The notes under the pieces: model-generated
Told to the model about the DNA's origin: nothing
What the model saw: the letters and a program-made list of their open reading frames with translations, nothing else
Database searches by the model: none
Part shown: positions 59,601 through 64,000 of the stretch, one piece after another
How positions within the stretch are numbered: the stretch's first letter is position 1
Layout of the letters: every line of letters starts with the position of its first letter
Translations under genes and position numbers: made by a program
Assembly: GCA_964016885.1 (NCBI GenBank)
Contig: OZ024743.1
Span: forward strand, 333,622,001-333,686,000
Source of the DNA: Eledone cirrhosa
Taxonomy: Eukaryota
Direction: 5' to 3'
Length of the DNA stretch: 64,000 nucleotides

Positions 59601-62166
59601 TCATTATTGTCTACTACTGTTGACCAATACTGTCATTATTGTCTACTACTGTTGACCAATACTGTCATTATTGTCTACTACTGTTGACCAATACTGTATA
59701 TTATTGTCTACTAGTGTTGACCAATACTTTCATTATTGTCTACTACTGTTGACCAATACTGTCATTATTGTCTACTACTGTTGACCAATTCTGTCATTAT
59801 TGTCTACTACTGTTGACCAATACTTTCATTATTGTCTACTACTGTTGACCAATATCTTCATTATTGTCTACTACTGTTGACCAATACTGTCCTTATTCTC
59901 TACTACTGTTGACCAATACTTTCATTATTGTCTACTTCTGTTGACCAATACTGTCATTATTGTCTACTACTGCTGACCAATAATGTCATTATTGTCAACT
60001 ACTGTTGACCAATACTGTTATTATTGTCTACTTCTGTTGACCAATACTGTCATTATTCTCTACTACTGTTGACCAATAATGTCATTATTCTCTACTACTG
60101 TTGACCAATACTGTCATTATTGTCTACTACTGTTGCCCAATACTTTCATTATTGTCTACTACTGTTGACCAATACTGTCATTGTCTACTACTGTTGACCA
60201 ATAATGTCATTATTCTCTACTACTGTTGACCAATACTTTCATTATTGACTACTACTGTTGACCAATACTGTCATATATGTCTACTACTGTTGACCAATAC
60301 TGTCATTATTGTCTACTACTGTTGACCAATACTTACATTATTGTCTACAACTGTTGATCAATACTTTCATTGTCTACTACTGTTTACCAATACTGTCAAT
60401 ATTGTCTACTACTGTTGACCAATAATGTCATTATTGTCTACTACTGTTGACCAATACTGTCATTATTGTCTACTTCTGTTGATCAATACTGTCATTATTG
60501 TCTACTACTGTTGACCAATACTGTCATTATTGTCTACTACTGTTGACCAATACTTTCATTATTGTCTACTACTGTTGACCAATAATGTCATTATTCTCTA
60601 CTACTGTTGACCAATACTTTCATTATTGACTACTACTGTTGACCAATACTGTCATTATTGTCTACTACTGTTGACCAATACTGTCATTATTGTCTACTTC
60701 TTTTGACCAATACTGTCATTATTGTCTACTACTGTTGACCAATACTTTCATTATTGTCTACTACTGTTGACCAATACTGTCATTGTCTACTACTGTTGAC
60801 CAATAATGTCATTATTCTCTACTACTGTTGACCAATACTTTCATTATTGACTACTACTGTTGACCAATACTGTCATATATGTCTACTACTGTTGACCAAT
60901 ACTGTCATTATTGTCTACTACTGTTGACCAATACTTACATTATTGTCTACAACTGTTGATCAATATTTTCATTGTGTACTACTGTTGACCAATACTGTCA
61001 ATATTGTCTACTACTGTTGACCAATAATGTCATTATTGTCTACTACTGTTGACCAATACTGTCATTATTGTCTACTTCTGTTGACCAATACTGTCATTAT
61101 TGTCTACTACTGTTGACCAATACTGTCATTATTGTCTACTACTGTTGACCAATACTTTCATTATTGTCTACTACTGTTGACCAATACTTTCATTATTCTC
61201 TACTACTGTTGACCAATACTTTCATTATTGACTACTACTGTTGACCAATACTGTCATTATTGTCTACTACTGTTGACCAATACTTAAATTATTGTCTACA
61301 ACTGTTGATCAATACTGTCAATATTGTCTACTACTGTTGACCAATACTGTCATTGTCTACTACTGTTGACCAATACTGTCATTATTGTCTACTTCTGTTG
61401 ACCAATACTGTTATTATTGTCTACTACTGTTGACCAATACTGTCATTATTGTCTACTACTGTTGACCAATACTTTCATTATTGCCTACTACTGTTGACCA
61501 ATACTGTCAATATTGTCTACTACTGTTGACCAATACTGTCATTGTCTACTACTGTTGATCAATACTGTCATTATTGTCTACTTCTGTTGACCAATACTGT
61601 CATTATTGTCTACTACTGTTGACCAATACTGTCATTATTGTCTACTACTGTTGACCAATACTTTCATTATTGTCTACTACTGTTGATCAATACTGTCATT
61701 AATCTCTACTACTGTTGACCAATACTGTCTTTATTGTCTACTTCTGTTGACCAATACTGTCCTTATTCTCTACTACTGTTGACCAATACTTTCATTATTG
61801 TCTACTTCTGTTGACCAATACTGTCATTATTGTCTACTACTGTTGACCAATACTGTCTTTATTGTCTACTGCTGTTGACCAATACTGTCATTATTGTCTA
61901 CTAGTGTTGACCAATACTTTCATTATTGTCTACTACTGTTGACCAATACTGTCTTTATTGTCTACTACTGTTGACCAATACTGTCATTATTGTCTACTAC
62001 TGTTGACCAATACTTTCATTATTGACTACTACTGTTGACCAATACTGTCATTATTGTCTACTACTGTTGACCAATACTGTCATTATTGTCTACTTCTGTT
62101 GACCAATACTGTCATTATTGTCTACTACTGTTGACCAATACTTACATTATTGTCTACAACTGTTGA
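52130..62166. repeat. Tandem duplication with a ~5.1-5.2-kb unit (offsets 5117, 5181, 5085, 5082)
   Basis: GTCTCC at 52144/57261, GTTGCCC at 54951/60132, GTTTACC at 55201/60382, GTGTACT at 55889/60974, CATTAATCTC at ~56614/61696. Confidence 0.87.
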
Positions 62167-62955
62167 TCAATACTGTCAATATTGTCTACTACTGTTGACC
62201 AATACTGTCATTATTGTCTACTACTGTTGACCAATACTTAAATTATTGTCTACAACTGTTGATCAATAATGTCATTATTGTCTACTACTATTGATCAATA
62301 CTTTCATTATTGACTACTACTGTTGACCAATACTCTCATTATTGTCTACTACTGTTGACCAATACTGTTATTATTGTCTACTTCTGTTGACCTATACTGT
62401 CATTATTGTCTACTTCTGTTGACCAATAATGTCATTATTGTCTACTACTGTTGACCAATACTGTCATTATTGCCTACTACTGTTGACCTATACTGTCATT
62501 ATTGTCCACTTCTGTTGACCAATACTGTCATTATTGTCTACTACTGTTGACCAATACTGTCATTATTGTCTACTACTGTTGACCAATACTGTCATTGTCT
62601 ACTACTGTTGACCAATACTTACATTATTGTCTACAACTGTTGATCAATACTGTCAATATTGTCTACTACTGTTGACCAATACTTTCATTATTGTCTACTA
62701 CTGTTGACCAATACTGTCATTATTGTCTACTTCTGTTGACCAATACTGTCATTATTGTCTACTTCTGTTGATCAATACTGTCATTATTGTCTACTACTGT
62801 TGACCAATACTTTCATTATTGTCTACTACTGTTGACCAATATCTTCATTATTGTCTACTACTGTTGACCAATACTGTCCTTATTCTCTACTACCGTTGAC
62901 CAATACTTTCATTATTGTCTACTTCTGTTGACCAATACTGTCATTATTGTCAACT

Positions 62956-64000
62956 ACTGTTGACCAATACTGTTATTATTGTCTACTTCTGTTGACCAAT
63001 ACTGTCATTATTCTCTACTACTGTTGACCAATAATGTCATTATTCTCTACTACTGTTGACCAATACTGTCATTATTGTCTACTACTGTTGCCCAATACTT
63101 TCATTATTGTCTACTACTGTTGACCAATACTGTCATTGTCTACTACTGTTGACCAATAATGTCATTATTCTCTACTACTGTTGACCAATACTTTCATTAT
63201 TGACTACTACTGTTGACCAATACTGTCATATATGTCTACTACTGTTGACCAATACTGTCATTATTGTCTACTACTGTTGACCAATACTTACATTATTGTC
63301 TACAACTGTTGATCAATACTTTCATTGTCTACTACTGTTTACCAATACTGTCAATATTGTCTACTACTGTTGACCAATAATGTCATTATTGTCTACTACT
63401 GTTGACCAATACTGTCATTATTGTCTACTTCTGTTGATCAATACTGTCATTATTGTCTACTACTGTTGACCAATACTGTCATTATTGTCTACTACTGTTG
63501 ACCAATACTTTCATTATTGTCTACTACTGTTGACCAATAATGTCATTATTCTCTACTACTGTTGACCAATACTTTCATTATTGACTACTACTGTTGACCA
63601 ATACTGTCATTATTGTCTACTACTGTTGACCAATACTGTCATTATTGTCTACTTCTTTTGACCAATACTGTCATTATTGTCTACTACTGTTGACCAATAC
63701 TTACATTATTGTCTACAACTGTTGATCAATACTGTCAATATTGTCTACTACTGTTGACCAATACTGTCATTATTGTCTACTACTGTTGACCAATACTTTC
63801 ATTATTGTCTACTACTGTTGACCAATACTGTCATTGTCTACTACTGTTGACCAATAATGTCATTATTCTCTACTACTGTTGACCAATACTTTCATTATTG
63901 ACTACTACTGTTGACCAATACTGTCATATATGTCTACTACTGTTGACCAATACTGTCATTATTGTCTACTACTGTTGACCAATACTTACATTATTGTCTA
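62956..64000. repeat. Third copy of the right-hand subfamily block, matching ~54820-55864 (offset 8136)
   Basis: GTTGCCC at 54951/63087, GTTTACC at 55201/63337, TTTGACC at 55521/63657. Confidence 0.85.

Larger units (their letters stand above)
1..64000. repeat. Tandem satellite DNA array, 32-bp monomer CTACTACTGTTGACCAATACTGTCATTATTGT, ~2,000 copies, running off both window ends
   Basis: Seen directly: every line is the consensus or a variant with a few substitutions or small indels (monomers of 28-33 bp). I saw no inversion or non-satellite insertion. Consensus composition is A8 C7 G4 T13. Confidence 0.99.

Noticed and set aside
1-64000. CRISPR array (32-bp partly palindromic repeat)
   Set aside because: Repeats are directly adjacent with no unique spacers, leader or cas genes.
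1-64000. Giant repetitive protein gene
   Set aside because: 32 is not a multiple of 3. On the + strand TGA falls in frame about every third monomer, and the - strand carries TAA, TGA and TAG-TAG in each monomer.
1-64000. Telomerase-synthesised long telomeric repeat
   Set aside because: There are no G-runs, and variants are inherited in kb-scale duplicated blocks, which points to recombination rather than templated re-synthesis. A subtelomeric location is not excluded.
1-64000. Transcription-factor motifs in each monomer (CCAAT box, W-box TTGACC, MYB-like CTGTTG)
   Set aside because: These 5-6-bp matches are expected by chance, the host is unknown, and there is no promoter context or binding evidence.
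1-64000. Variant order as an information-bearing code or diversity cassette system
   Set aside because: The order is adequately explained by mutation followed by duplication and deletion. There is no recombinase, reverse transcriptase, expression site or target in the window.
1-64000. Rolling-circle or sequencing concatemer artefact
   Set aside because: Hierarchically shared variants with a consistent phylogeny and offsets argue for real evolved DNA, although individual near-perfect duplications still need read validation.

Overview
The whole 64,000-bp window is one uninterrupted head-to-tail satellite array. The monomer is 32 bp, consensus CTACTACTGTTGACCAATACTGTCATTATTGT (11/32 GC, no CpG), with about 2,000 copies all in one orientation. 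I found no unique sequence, genes, RNA genes, transposons or CRISPR spacers. The three 69-aa ORFs are read-throughs of satellite where a stop codon is mutated. The information is in the monomer variants. They recur in a conserved order, forming an irregular higher-order repeat of about 2.3-2.9 kb. That repeat has been amplified by nested, near-identical kb-scale duplications with hand-measured offsets of 1048, 3268, 5729, about 5.7-5.8 kb, about 5.1-5.2 kb, 6771, 8036, 18890 and 24619 bp. The monomer is an imperfect dyad built from ~9-bp subunits, and several variants increase its palindromicity. It looks like eukaryotic heterochromatic (centromeric, pericentromeric or subtelomeric) satellite, but I cannot assign the organism or family from sequence alone. 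I see no support for a novel protein-coding system here. Block boundaries are approximate to within about one monomer.
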